Below are positions 32,941 to 47,359 of a DNA stretch of 64,000 bases, piece after piece. How positions within the stretch are numbered: the first letter of the stretch is position 1; every line of letters begins with the position of its first letter. The stretch comes from an uncultured Planctomycetaceae bacterium (lineage in GTDB: Bacteria; Planctomycetota; Planctomycetia; Pirellulales; PALSA-1355). The notes beneath the pieces are model-generated. The model saw nothing but the letters and a program-made list of their open reading frames with translations, was not told the DNA's origin and ran no database searches. The translations under genes were made by a program, and so were the position numbers. Where the stretch lies: NCBI GenBank assembly GCA_963785305.1, contig CAWAUV010000008.1, positions 1,485,304 to 1,549,303 of the forward strand, in the 5' to 3' direction.

Positions 32941-33445
32941 TCAACTGCCGGCCGCGCCGTTGAGCACGGTGACGGCGCGGCGGTTTTGCGACCAGCAGGA
33001 AATGTCGTCGCAGACCGCGACCGGCCGCTCCTTGCCATAGCTGATCGTCCTCATGCGAGAAGCGGAGATTCCCTTGGCGGCGAGATAATCGTGAACCGCT
33101 TGCGCGCGCTGCGAACCCAGCGCGAAATTGTATTCGCGCGTGCCCCGCTCATCGGCGTGGCCCTCGATGGTGAAGCTGTATTTGTTGTACTGGTTGAGCC
33201 ACGCCGCCTGCTTGTCGAGCGTCGCCTGGGCGGTCGGCGAAAGAACGGTCTGGTCGGTGTCGAAGAAAACGCGGTCGCCGACCGTCTGGTTGAATTCCTG
33301 CACGCTGCCCGGGCCGGACGCGCCATAGCCAGCCCGCGCCTGCGGCGAGGTTGTCGGGGTTGTTATGCGCGCAGGCGCTTAAGGCCAGGCCGAGCGCGAG
33401 CGCCGCCGCCAGCGCGATCGAGCTCCGGGTCATGTTCGCGAACAT
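32941..33445 (-). CDS. pal: Peptidoglycan-associated lipoprotein; frameshift near 33330
   Basis: Lipobox LSAC, VGDRVFFDTD, IEGHADERGTREYN, ISYGKERP, QNRRAVTVL. Confidence 0.95.
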
Positions 33446-33568
33446 CCTGCTACTCCCGACGACCCCACCCACTCGTGCACTAGCCGCCCTACGAGTTAAC
33501 GCAAGGTTTCGATAAGCTTACCGACTCCTTGCCGCGCGTGAGCCAACGCCTCGCAACCCGCCGGCAGC

Positions 33569-33584
33569 GTTAACAGCGGATTAA
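33569..33584 (-). promoter_or_regulatory. CtrA binding site upstream of pal
   Basis: The minus strand reads TTAA-TCCGCTG-TTAAC, a perfect TTAA-N7-TTAAC match. A second half-site GTTAAC lies at 33495-33500. Confidence 0.8.
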
Positions 33585-33689
33585 TGGCCATATTGCGGCG
33601 CACAATGCCTTGCGCTCGCCGCGTTTGATCGGCATCATCACGGGCTCGTGAAAGCGGGTTATTGCGGGGATTCAAGGGATTCCTTTGGG

Positions 33690-34349
33690 ATGAAGCGCCC
33701 TAGAGTGAGACGGACGGCTCTGCTCGCGCTCGCGATGGTGTTTTTGGTCGTCGCCTGGCTGTGGGACGGCCTGGTCGCGGTCGGGCGAAGCGATCGCCGG
33801 ATTCATACCGTGGGCGCGCTTCAAGCAGTCCTTCGCCGCGCTGGTCGACCGCCTGCCGGCGCCGCTGGTCTTGCTCGATTTTCCTGGTGCCGTTCTTGAT
33901 CGTCGAGCCGCTTGCTGGTGGTGGCCACCGTCGCGATCGCGATGGGCTATGTCGTCTCCGGCGCGATCGCCTGGATCGTGCTCAAGTTTCTCGCGGTCGC
34001 GCTCATCCCGGCGATCTTCGATCTGACGAAGCACAAGCTGATGACCATGCCGTGGTTCGTCCGGGCGTATGAGAAGGTGATGGCGTTTCATCACTACGCC
34101 GATCAGATCGTCGCTCCTTACAAAAGCGCCGCCGCCGCGGTGCTCCGCCAATGGCGCATGCGCGCCGGCCGTCGTGACAAGACGCGTTCCCGGCCTCGCC
34201 CATCTTGCGGCGCGCTTCGCCGCCCGCAAGCGCGCGAAGCGGGCGCCCGGCCATGCCCTCGAACGGGTAGGGCGCGCGCCGGACTCGGGCGTCGAGACGA
34301 TATCGAAAGCGCGAACGCCGCTAACAAAGTCCCGTCCCGCGAGAGTTGA
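33690..34349 (+). CDS. Hypothetical membrane protein; frameshifted, 3' end uncertain
   Basis: Hydrophobic segments across frames (LLALAMVFLVVAWLWD; FLVPFLIVEP; IVLKFLAVALIPAIFDLTKHKLMTMPWF). Confidence 0.6.
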
Positions 34350-34374
34350 CAGTCCGAGCCGCCAGGACCACATT
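34346..34374 (+). promoter_or_regulatory. Sigma70-type promoter of the thi operon
   Basis: TTGACA, 17 bp spacer, CACATT, directly before the riboswitch. Confidence 0.6.
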
Positions 34375-34377
34375 GAT

Positions 34378-37324
<2,947 letters not shown>

Positions 37325-37328
<4 letters not shown>

Positions 37329-37522
37329 GGCTCGTCGTCAATGGCGAACCGCAGGAGGTTCCAGCCGTGACGCTTGCGGAAGCTCTGCAATCGCTCGACC
37401 TCGCCGAGGCCAAGGTTGCGACCGCGCTCAATGGCGAGTTCGTCCCGGCGCGCGCGCGGGCGGCGACGCTTGTGAAGGACGGCGACCGAATCGAGATTCT
37501 CGCGCCAAGGCAGGGAGGGTGA
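37325..37522 (+). CDS. thiS: Thiamine sulfur carrier protein
   Basis: MRLVVNGE...[10 protein letters not shown]...[13 protein letters not shown] with C-terminal GG. Confidence 0.95.
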
Positions 37523-37529
37523 GAGGCCC

Positions 37530-38318
37530 ATGACCTCCAACTCCGTGCTCACCCTCTACGGCCAGAGCTTTCGCTCGCGACTCATGCTCGGCACGTCGCA
37601 ATATCCCTCGCCCGCGATCCTCGCGGAGGCGGCCCGCGCAAGTGAGGCCGAGATCCTTACGGTGTCGCTGCGGCGCGAGTCGGCGCGCCTCAAGGAGGGG
37701 CAGGATTTCTGGCGCCTGATCCGCGACATTGGCGCGCGCGTATTGCCCAACACCGCCGGCTGCTACAGCGTGAAGGAGGCGGTGACGACGGCTCAGATGG
37801 CGCGCGAAGTGTTCGGCACGCCCTGGGTCAAGCTCGAAGTGATTGGCGAAGCTGACACGCTTCAGCCCGACCCGTTCGGCCTTGTCGAGGCGGCGCGGAT
37901 TCTTTCCGCCGACGGTTTCCAGATCTTTCCTTATACGACCGAAGATCTCGTGGTCGCCGAGCGACTGATCGAGGCGGGCTGCAAGGTGCTGATGCCCTGG
38001 GGCGCGCCGATCGGCTCCGGCAAGGGGCTCAACAACGTCTTCGGGTTGAGGGCGCTGCGCGCGCATTTCCCCGAGATTCCGCTGATCGTCGACGCCGGCC
38101 TCGGCCTGCCGTCGCAGGCGGCGGCGGCGATGGAGCTTGGCTACGACGGCGTTCTGCTCAACACCGCGGTCGCCAAGGCGGGCGATCCGGTCGCGATGGC
38201 GCGCGCTTTCGGTCAGGCGATCGAAGCGGGCCGCGCCGCCTTCCTTGCAGGCCCCATGGAATCGCGCGACATGGCGGCGCCCTCGACGCCTGTCGTCGGC
38301 CGCGCTGTGCTCACGTGA
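37530..38318 (+). CDS. thiG: Thiazole synthase
   Basis: [45 protein letters not shown]. Confidence 0.95.
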   Translation: MTSNSVLTLYGQSFRSRLMLGTSQYPSPAILAEAARASEAEILTVSLRRESARLKEGQDFWRLIRDIGARVLPNTAGCYSVKEAVTTAQMAREVFGTPWVKLEVIGEADTLQPDPFGLVEAARILSADGFQIFPYTTEDLVVAERLIEAGCKVLMPWGAPIGSGKGLNNVFGLRALRAHFPEIPLIVDAGLGLPSQAAAAMELGYDGVLLNTAVAKAGDPVAMARAFGQAIEAGRAAFLAGPMESRDMAAPSTPVVGRAVLT

Positions 38319-38968
38319 GCGACGAGGCCTCGGGGAGCGCCACCTCCTCTCAAAGGAGACCGGAGTCGGGCCTCGACCCTTTCTATCCGATCGTCGACAG
38401 CGCCGAATGGGTCGGCCGCCTGGTCCGCGTCGGCGCGAAGTTGATTCAGCTTCGCATCAAGAATCGCGACGAGGCGGCGGTCGCGCGCGAGACTCGGCTG
38501 GCGCTCGCTGCCTGCAAGCCTGCGGGCGCGAGCCTTGTCGTCAACGACTACTGGCGTGTCGCAATCGATGAGGGTGCGCCCTGGCTCCATCTTGGCCAAG
38601 ACGATCTCAACGACGCGGACGTGCTCGCCGTGCGCAAGGCGGGGATCAAGCTCGGCGTCAGCACCCACGACGACGGCGAGCTGGTGCGGGCTCTCACCTT
38701 CGCGCCCGACTATGTCGCGCTCGGGCCGATCTATCCGACCAAGCTCAAGGCGATGGCCTTCGCGCCGCAGGGGCTCGAGAAGATCGGCGTGTGGAAGCGC
38801 CGCATCGGCGCGATTCCGTTGGTCGCGATCGGCGGGTTGACTGTCGAGCGAGCGAAACTGTGCCTCGCGGCCGGCGCGGACATCGTCTCCGTCGTGACCG
38901 ACATCACGCTCAACGCCGATCCGGAGGCGCGGGCGCGCGAATGGGTGGCGGCGACGCGGCCGGCGTGA
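38315..38968 (+). CDS. thiE: Thiamine-phosphate synthase
   Basis: [44 protein letters not shown]. Confidence 0.95.
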   Translation: MSDEASGSATSSQRRPESGLDPFYPIVDSAEWVGRLVRVGAKLIQLRIKNRDEAAVARETRLALAACKPAGASLVVNDYWRVAIDEGAPWLHLGQDDLNDADVLAVRKAGIKLGVSTHDDGELVRALTFAPDYVALGPIYPTKLKAMAFAPQGLEKIGVWKRRIGAIPLVAIGGLTVERAKLCLAAGADIVSVVTDITLNADPEARAREWVAATRPA

Positions 38969-39812
38969 CTCAAAGGCTGCCGATCGCTCTGACCATCGCC
39001 GGCTCCGATTCCGGCGGCGGCGCCGGGATTCAAGCCGATCTCAAGACCTTCGCGGCGCTCGGCGTCTACGCCGCGAGCGTGGTCACCGCGCTCACCGCTC
39101 AGAACACGCGCGGCGTGCGGGCGATCCACTATCCGCCGCCTGAAATCGTCGGCGCGCAGATCGAAGCGGTTCTTGAGGACTTCGCCGTCGCCGCGATCAA
39201 GATCGGCATGCTCGGCAGCGCGGAGATCGCCAACGTCGTGGCGGAGAGGCTTTCGGCCCAGCTTGCTTCGCAAGCGCCGCACTGTGGCGCGCGGCGCAGA
39301 CAGGTTCATCGTCTACGATCCCGTTATGATCGCCTCCTCAGGCGACGCGCTGAGCGGCGCAGGCTTCGTCGAGGCGATCGCCACGAGCTGCTTCCGCTTG
39401 TCGATTGCCTGACCCCTAACCTGTCTGAGGCCGCAGCATTGCTCGGGGAGCCGATAGCGCAGAAGCGAGGCCGATATGGCTCGGCAGGGCGCGGCGTTGT
39501 TGAAGCTCGGCCCGCGCGCGGTTTTGATGAAGGGCGGACACCTCGAAGGCGAAGAGGCGGTGGACCTTTTGATGACAGAGGACGTGGTTCGCCGTTTCGC
39601 GGCGCCGAGACTCGCTTCCCAAAACCTTCACGGCACCGGCTGCACCCTCTCGAGCGCCATCGCCGCCAACATCGTTCTCGGGGCTCCCTTGTCGGAGGCT
39701 GTGGCGGCGGCCAAGACCTTCGTCCGCCGATCGATCGAGCGTGGCCAGGATGTCACGCTCGGCGCGGGAGCCGGGCCGCTCGATCCAGACCGAGTTGGTT
39801 TCGAAACTCTGA
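38965..39812 (+). CDS. thiD: Hydroxymethylpyrimidine/phosphomethylpyrimidine kinase; frameshifted, 3' end approximate
   Basis: ALTIAGSDSGGGAGIQADLKT, TAQNTRGV, KIGMLG, TPNLSEA, KGGH, HGTGCTLSSAIAA. Confidence 0.9.
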
Positions 39813-39870
39813 CGCATTCGATCCGTATCCGCGTTAGTCTTAAGCTTCTCGCGCGTAGATTTGGGCGGAC

Positions 39871-41019
39871 ATGGCCGACGGCTTCTATGAGACCATTCCG
39901 GTGCTCGACGACTTTGCCGACGCGGTGAAGGCCGAGAACTATAGTCCGCTGCCGGGCGACTGGGTCGTCGGTTTCGCTGACGTGGTCGGCTCGACCAAAG
40001 CCGTCGCCGATGGCCGATATAAGGCCGTCAACATGGTCGGCGCCGGCGCGATCGCGGCCGTCGCCAACGCGCTGGACCGGCGGCCTTTTCCTTTCGTCTT
40101 TGGCGGCGACGGCGCGAGCTTCGCCGTGTCGTCGTCCGATGCGGCCGCCGCCGCCAAGGCGCTTCAGGCGATGGCGGCCTTCGCGCGTGAGGAGTTTCAA
40201 TTGGAGTTGCGCGTCGCGATGGCGCCGGTCGGCGAAATCCGGGCTGCAGGATACGACGTGAGGGTCGCGCGCTTCGCGGCGGCCCCGCCTTGCGTCTATG
40301 CGATGTTCGCCGGCGGCGGCCTGACTTGGTTCGACGATGCGGCCAAGCGCGGCTCTTATGCTCTGCCGCTGGCGGAGCCGGGCGCGCGGCCGGATCTTTC
40401 GGGTCTTTCCTGCCGCTGGGGCGTGGCCCCGGCCAAGCACGGACTTGTTCTGTCGCTGATCGTCGCGCCACGCGGAAACGACGCGCGATTTGCGCCGCTC
40501 ATCAATGAGATCGTCAGATCGTCGCTCGCCGTCGCGTCGAGCGATCGTCCGGTCACTCTGATGAGTCTGCGGCCAGGGAATCCAGGCAGGGCGATCGCGC
40601 TTGAGACATTGGTCAAGAAGGCCTCGGGGCTGTCGCAAGCGAAGGCGCGTATCGCGGCGATTCGCGGCTATTGCATCGCGATCTTCCTCCACATTTTCAA
40701 GCTCAAGGTGGGTCGCTTCGACGCGGCGACCTATGCGAGCGAGCTTGTCGCCAACGCAGATTTTCGCAAGTTCGACGACGGCCTGCGCATGACGCTGGAC
40801 TGCTCGCCTGAGTTCGCCGATGCGCTCGAGGCTCGGCTTGCCGCAGCGGAGGCGTTTGCCCGATGGGGCGTCTTCCGGCAGGGCGCGGCGCAGGTGACGT
40901 GCTTCGTTCCCTCGGCGACCCAACGCGGCCATGTCCACTTCGTTGACGGCGCCGGCGGAGGCTATACGATGGCCGCCAAAGCGATGAAGGCGCGCCGCGG
41001 CACGCTGGCGGCGGCGTAA
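39871..41019 (+). CDS. DUF3095-family protein (cyclase-like fold)
   Basis: FADVVGSTKAVADGRYKAVNMVGA, PFVFGGDGA, PDLSGLSCRW, DFRKFDDGLRMTLDC, HVHFVDGAGGGYTMAA. Confidence 0.8.
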   Translation: MADGFYETIPVLDDFADAVKAENYSPLPGDWVVGFADVVGSTKAVADGRYKAVNMVGAGAIAAVANALDRRPFPFVFGGDGASFAVSSSDAAAAAKALQAMAAFAREEFQLELRVAMAPVGEIRAAGYDVRVARFAAAPPCVYAMFAGGGLTWFDDAAKRGSYALPLAEPGARPDLSGLSCRWGVAPAKHGLVLSLIVAPRGNDARFAPLINEIVRSSLAVASSDRPVTLMSLRPGNPGRAIALETLVKKASGLSQAKARIAAIRGYCIAIFLHIFKLKVGRFDAATYASELVANADFRKFDDGLRMTLDCSPEFADALEARLAAAEAFARWGVFRQGAAQVTCFVPSATQRGHVHFVDGAGGGYTMAAKAMKARRGTLAAA

Positions 41020-41059
41020 GGTGTGTATGGCTGGAGGATCGGCAGAAGGAGGATACCTG

Positions 41060-42046
41060 ATGCGTAGCTCATTTCGTTTCATTGTCGCCGTTTCCGTTAT
41101 AGGCTTGACAGCCGCCTTTGGGGCGCCCCGCGCGCAAGCCGATGTTGCGCCAACACACCCCGCTGCGCTGGCGGTGCTGAATCTCGACTATGTCGACACG
41201 TCCGGAGAGCCGAACGATCAAATCGCGACCCATCAACGGCGCGCCGCCGAATTCGTCAACGCGTTGCAGCGCGATCTCGCGGCGAACGGCCAGTACCGGA
41301 TTGTTCCGATGTCTTGCGGGTCCGGGCCGTGCGATCCAGCGATGAGTCCATCCGAGATTCAGACGGCTGCGCGAACCGCCGGCGCGAAGCTCGTCCTGCT
41401 CGGCGGCGTGCACAAAATGAGCTCCCTTGTTCAGTGGGCGAAGATCCAAATCGCCGATGAGGAGCAGGGTCGGATTGTTTTTGACCGATTGCTGACTTTC
41501 CGTGGCGACACGGACGAGGCCTGGCAAAAGGCAGAATCCTTTGTTGCGCGCGATGTTCTCCAGTCGGAGGCGACCTTGGGCGACCGGGCCGAAGGAGCCG
41601 CGCCGATCAAGATCGCCGTCTTCGATTTCGAGCTGAAGGATTTCAGCGGCGGCGCCGGAATCATCCCTGAAAGCGACCAAGACCGGGAGCAGCTGAGGCT
41701 GGCGACAGAGACGGTGCGCCGGCTGCTCACGGAATCCGGCCGGTACAACCTCGTCGATGTCAGCCGCGCCAATACGCCCGACGTGATCGCGGGCAGCTTG
41801 CACGAATGCGACGGTTGCGACGTTCCAATCGCTCGCAAACTCGGCGCCGATCAATCTCTTGTCGGGATCGTGACTCGCATCACCCGCACCGACTACGCCG
41901 TCACATTCAAGCTTCGCGACGCCAAAACTGGCGCTCCCATTGCAGTTGAGCAGACCGACCTGCGCATCGGGGCGAACTATTCGTGGAACCGAGGCGCCGC
42001 GTGGTTGATCAAGAACCGATTGCTGGAGAAGCAAGCGCGGCAATGA
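41060..42046 (+). CDS. Exported protein with two tandem DUF3280/DUF2380-like domains
   Basis: Signal peptide. Domain 1: LDYVDTSGE...GGVHKMSSLVQW...LTFRGDTDEAW. Domain 2: IAVFDFELKDFSG...CDGC..IARKLGAD...DLRIGANYSWNRG. Confidence 0.65.
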   Translation: MRSSFRFIVAVSVIGLTAAFGAPRAQADVAPTHPAALAVLNLDYVDTSGEPNDQIATHQRRAAEFVNALQRDLAANGQYRIVPMSCGSGPCDPAMSPSEIQTAARTAGAKLVLLGGVHKMSSLVQWAKIQIADEEQGRIVFDRLLTFRGDTDEAWQKAESFVARDVLQSEATLGDRAEGAAPIKIAVFDFELKDFSGGAGIIPESDQDREQLRLATETVRRLLTESGRYNLVDVSRANTPDVIAGSLHECDGCDVPIARKLGADQSLVGIVTRITRTDYAVTFKLRDAKTGAPIAVEQTDLRIGANYSWNRGAAWLIKNRLLEKQARQ

Positions 42047-42134
42047 ACGTCTGGGGAGCCTGATCTAACGGACCCGGTGGATAGCGAGGGCGGCGGCGCT
42101 GCGCCGAGCCGGCCGATTTGCTAGGCTAGGGGCG

Positions 42135-44832
42135 ATGGACGCCGCCAGCGACAGCCCCAATTCCGCCGCCACCAGCGCGCGCCTCACGCCGATGATGGCG
42201 CAGTATTTCGAAATCAAGGCGGTCAATCCGGGTTGCCTGTTGTTCTACCGAATGGGCGACTTCTACGAACTGTTCTTCGAGGACGCGGAAATCGCGAGCC
42301 GGGCGCTCGGCATCGTCCTCACGAAGCGCGGCAAGCACGAAGGCGAGGACATCCGCATGTGCGGGGTGCCGGTCGAGCGCGCCGACGATTACCTCAACCG
42401 GCTGATCGCGCTCGGCCATCGCGTCGCCGTCTGCGAGCAGATGGAGGACCCGGCGGCGGCGAAAAAGCGCGGGACCGAAGTCGGTCGTCAAGCGCGACGT
42501 CGTGCGGCTGGTCACGCCGGGCACGATCACCGAGGAACGGCTGCTCGAGCCCGGTCGGGCGCGTCTTCTGGTCGCCGTCCAGAAGCTCCGTTCGAGCGAG
42601 GGGCGGCAGGTTTACGGGCTCGCCGCGCTCGATCTGTCGACGGGGGCGGTTGCGCTCAGCGAGACGGACGAAACAGGCCTTGCGGCGGAGATTGCGCGCC
42701 TTGAGCCGAGCGAGGTCGTCGCGTCGCAAGCGGTGTACGACGAACCGCTGTTTTCCCAGATCGTCCGCGAGATGCGCGTTCCCGCGACGCCGCTCGCGCG
42801 TGGCGGCGGCGACGCGCGCGGCCGAGCGCCGGGTCTGCGAGTTCTATGGCGTCGAAACCCTCGACGGCTTCGGCGCGTTCACCCGCGCCGAGATCGCCGC
42901 CGCCGCGCTCGCGCTCGCCTATGTCAAGCGCACTCAGTTCGAAGCCCAGCCGGCGCTCTCGCCGCCGACGCGGCGCGCGCGCGGGACGAGCCTCGAGATC
43001 GATCCCGCGACCCGCGCCAACCTCGAGCTCACGCGAACCTTGAGCGGCGCGCGCGACGGCTCGCTCCTGGCGACGATCGACCTGACCGTGACCCCCGCGG
43101 GCGCTCGCCTGCTCGCCGAGCGGCTGGCGAGCCCGCTGACCGATCCGGAGGCCGTCAACCGGCGGCTCGATTCGCTTGATTTCCTGGTCGAGGCGGCGCC
43201 GATGCGCGACGCGTTGCGCCGGGCGCTCACGCATGCGCCCGATTTTCTGCGCGCCCTTTCGCGCCTGAGCCTCGACCGAGGCGGTCCGCGCGATCTTGCC
43301 GCCATTCGCGACGGCCTCGCCGCGGCGGCGACGTCTGGCCAGCATTCTCGAGGCCGCTCAGGATCTCCCGCCCGAACTCATGAGCGCCTATGCCCGGTTG
43401 CGCGCCGATTGCGCGGAACTCGGGCGCGATCTCGAGGCCACGCTCGCCGACGATTTGCCGCTTCTCAAGCGCGACGGCGGGTTCGTCCGCCCAGGCGCGG
43501 CGGCCGCGCTCGACGAAGCGCGAAGCTTGCGCGACGAAAGCCGCCGCGTGATCGCGGGACTGCAGGCGTCCTACGCCGACGAAGCCGGCGTCAGGCAGCT
43601 CAAGATCAAGCACAACAACTTTCTCGGCTATTTCATCGAGACCCCGCAGGCCGCCGGCGAGACGCTGCTCAAGCCTCCCCATAACGCGACCTTCATCCAC
43701 CGCCAGACGATGGCCGGCGCGATGCGCTTCTCGACCAGCGCGCTCGCCGATCTCGAGTCGCGCATCGCCTCCGCGGCTGACCGGGCGCTCGCGCTCGAAC
43801 TCGAGGCGTTCGAGCGCCTGCGTCAGGCCTGCCTCGCCGAGGGCGAAGCCTGCGCGGCTTCGGCGCGGCGCTGGCCGAGATCGACGTCGCCGCCGCGCTC
43901 GCTGAACTCGCGGTCAAGCGCAGACTGGACGCGGCCCTTGGTCGACGCCTCGCTGAGCTTCAACATCGAGGGCGGCCGCCATCCGGTGGTCGAGGCGGCG
44001 CTGAAGCAAGCGGGCGAGCCCTTCGTCGCCAACGATTGCGATCTCACGGGCGAAGCAGGCGAGGGCGGGCGCATCGCCATCGTCACCGGCCCCAACATGG
44101 CGGGCAAATCGACCTATCTCAGGCAGAACGCGCTGATCGCGCTGATCGCGCAAATGGGCGCCTACGTGCCGGCGAGCGCGCGCGCACATCGGGATCGTCG
44201 ACCGGCTGTTCTCGCGCGTCGGCGCGGCGGACGATCTCGCGCGCGGCCGCTCGACCTTCATGGTCGAGATGGTCGAGACCGCGGCCATTCTCAACCAGGC
44301 GACCGCGCGCTCGCTGGTGATCCTGGACGAGATCGGCCGCGGCACGGCGACCTTCGACGGCCTCTCGATCGCCTACGCCTGCGTCGAGCATCTGAGCGCC
44401 GTCAACCGCTCGCGGGCTTTGTTCGCCACCCATTTCCACGAACTGACCGCCCTCGCCGAGACGCTGCCGCGGCTCGTCAATCTCACCATGCGGGTCACCG
44501 AGTTCAAGGGAACGCTGGCGTTCCTGCATGAGGTCGTCCACGGCGCCGCCGACCGCTCCTACGGCATTCAGGTCGCGAAGCTCGCGGGCCTGCCGCCCTC
44601 CGTCGTCAAGCGCGCACGCCAGGTGCTCGCGAGCCTCGAGGCCTCGCGCTCGAGCGGCTCGCTCGACGCGCTGCCGCTGTTCTCCTACGAGCCGCGCGAG
44701 CCGCCCGCGGCGCCTCCGCCTGACGAACTGCGCACGGCGCTCATCGCGCTCGATCCCGACGCGCTCACGCCCCGCGACGCGCTCGAGGCCCTCTACAAAT
44801 TGAAGCGGCTGATCGAGGACAAGGCCAAATGA
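42135..44832 (+). CDS. mutS: DNA mismatch repair protein MutS; about 5 frameshifts
   Basis: [74 protein letters not shown]. Confidence 0.95.
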
Positions 44833-45467
44833 CCGATCCGAAAATCCTCCTCGCCTCGCTCGCCGCGGCCTATCTCTATGTGGTCACGCCGGGGCCGGCG
44901 TTCCTCGCTCTGTTCACGCTTGCCGCCTCGCGCGGACGCGCGGCGGGCGCCTGGTTCATCTGCGGTCATCTGGTCGGCGACGTGACCTGGGGCGCGCTCG
45001 CGGTCGCGGCGATCATTGGCGCGAACCGCATCGGTCCCACTCTGTTCGAGCTGCTCGGCTTCGTCTGCGGGCTTTACCTCCTCTATCTCGGCGCGCGCGC
45101 GGTGATGACCAAGAAGGACATGGCCCCGCGCACGATCGGCGCCAAGCGGCCGCTCGCGACCGGCATGGCCTTCGGCCTCACCAACCCCAAGTCCTATCCG
45201 GTGGCGCTGGCGATGTTCTCGGCCATCGTCGCGCCCTATATCGGGGCGCTGAAAATGGCCGACGCGCCCCAGATGTTCGCAGCGGCCTTCGCCGGCTTCC
45301 TGCTCGCCGACGTGACCCTGATCTTCGCCGCCGGCCTGCCGGCGGTGCGGCGGTTCTTCCTCACCCATGGCGTCGCGGTGACGCGGCTCGTCGGCGTGAT
45401 CTTCATCCTGTTCGGCGCGAAGTCGATCGCCGACGCGGCGGGCGGCGCGATGCGGCGCACGGCGTGA
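44829..45467 (+). CDS. LysE/RhtB-family translocator
   Basis: TPGPAF, GRAAG, YLLYLG, GLTNPK, about 6 TM helices. Confidence 0.9.
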   Translation: MTDPKILLASLAAAYLYVVTPGPAFLALFTLAASRGRAAGAWFICGHLVGDVTWGALAVAAIIGANRIGPTLFELLGFVCGLYLLYLGARAVMTKKDMAPRTIGAKRPLATGMAFGLTNPKSYPVALAMFSAIVAPYIGALKMADAPQMFAAAFAGFLLADVTLIFAAGLPAVRRFFLTHGVAVTRLVGVIFILFGAKSIADAAGGAMRRTA

Positions 45468-45831
45468 CGGGCCCGCATAAGCGCCAATAAACGGCAATGA
45501 ACGCGCCTAAACGTTAGTAAAAGGGCTGGCGTTTACTAGCGTTTATTTTTCCGAATCGGGACTTTTCAATGGGTTACGGCCGATTGGAATAGGGATTTCT
45601 CTCCTGCTGTTGCCGCCGCGGCGCGACCCCTTTCTTGATGTCCTGCCGGATTGCGCGACTTGGGAAAGCTAGCACGGATTCGTTTTTCGTAAATAAAATG
45701 TCTCAGAAATTTTTCTCAGAATGCGCGCCGCCTCTGCGGGCGTTGGCCCGGTCGGCGCATGCAGCCGGGGAAGCGGCGATCCGTGAACCCCAGCCGCGCG
45801 AACCGCCCCTTGGCGTGAGCCAAGCGCCTGT

Positions 45832-47359
45832 ATGCCGCAATACGCGCGAATTATTGCGAAGGCGGGCGTCGGATTGTCCTCACCGGCACGGCGGAGCCCG
45901 CCGGCATCCTGGGCTTTGTGGGAAGCGTGCAGGGATCTTCGACGCCGAGTTCGGCAAGGCTTGGGCGGAATTGAGCGGACCATTCGCGAGAGCGATGGCG
46001 CAGCGCTTGTCCCGGGCTGGAGCGCCCACGACCTGACGGACCCCGCCGCGCGGCAACGCCTCGAGGCGCTCGGCGCGGAACTCGCGCGCGCCCCGGCCTC
46101 GCATGGCCTTGCGCAGAACCTGATCGATTACCTGCGCCATGCGCCGGTCGTCGACCTGCGCAGCATCCGCCCGATCGCGCTGGCGAGACTATGGGCCGCC
46201 CCGCCGGACCACGCCGTAGAATTGTTTCTGGCCGCGGCGCGAGAGGGCGTCGCGGCGATGGGATGGGAGCTGCTCTGCCCGCGCTGCCGCGGCGCGAAGT
46301 CACGCGCGAGCCGACTTCAGGACCTGCCCAAAGGCGCGCATTGCGCCTCCTGCAACATCGACTACGAGCGCAATTTCAGCCGCAACGTCGAGCTGACTTT
46401 CCATCCCGCGCCCGTGGACTCCCCTCCCGGACGGCGAGATGTGCCTGCTCGGCCAGGGCGCTGCACGGCACATTAAGTTTCAGGGCGAGGTTGCGGCGCG
46501 CTCCGCCAAGGGTTTCGACCTGGCATTGGCGCCCGGCCCCTATCGCTTTCGCACCGTCGAGGCTGGCGGCGAGGCTGATAGCGACATCGGCGCGGACGGC
46601 GCCATCCCGACGCTTGTGGCGCGCGCCGGTGAGATTGTGCTCGAGCAGGCGAGCAGCGGAAACGAGCTTTCGATCCGTAACGAGACCGACAAGTCGCTCG
46701 TCTTCGTCGTCGAGAACCGCAATTGGGCCAGCGACGCTCTGACGGGCGACCGCGTGATCGCCATGCCCGCTTTCCGCCGGCTTGCGCCCGAGCAATTGCT
46801 GCGCCCCGGCGACAATGCCGAGATCGGCTGGATCGCCATCATGTTCACCGATCTCAAGGGCTCGACCGAAATCTACGACGCGCTCGGCGACGCCCCCGCC
46901 TACAACCTTGTTCGCGACCATTTTTCGTTCCTCGCAGACCGGGTGCAGCGCAATCATGGCTTCGTGGTCAAGACAGTGGGCGATGCGGTGATGGCAGCCT
47001 TCTCTCGTCCCGATCACGCCGTCTGCGCGGCGCTCGCGATCCAGGACGAGGTCGCGAGCTTCAACTCCGCGCGAGAAGGCGCGACCCCGATCGTTTTGAA
47101 GCTCGGCCTTCATGCCGGGCCTTGCATCGCGGTCACGACAGGGGACGTGCTCGACTATTTCGGCGCGACGGTGAATGTCGCGGCGCGTCTCGAAAACCAG
47201 TGCCGCGGCGGCGAGGTGATTGTGTCGGAGGACGTGGCGCGAGACGCCGAAACCACGGCGGCGCTCATGGATCGGGTGCAGCTCGAGGAAACGGCGATGC
47301 TGCGCGGCGTCAGCGCGCCGGTCCGGTTCGTCCGGATTATGGGCCGGCGCGGAGAATAG
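45832..47359 (+). CDS. Class III adenylate/guanylate cyclase with N-terminal DUF5939-like CxxC...CxxC domain; frameshift near 46420; 5' end possibly truncated
   Basis: WELLCPRCRG...AHCASCNIDY..NVELTF; catalytic region IMFTDLKGST, VVKTVGDAVMA, LKLGLHAG, DYFGATVNVAARLE. Confidence 0.8.

Noticed and set aside
42135..44832. Programmed frameshifting or true pseudogenisation of mutS and other split genes
   Set aside because: Indels are spread across unrelated genes without slippery-site context, as expected from sequencing error.
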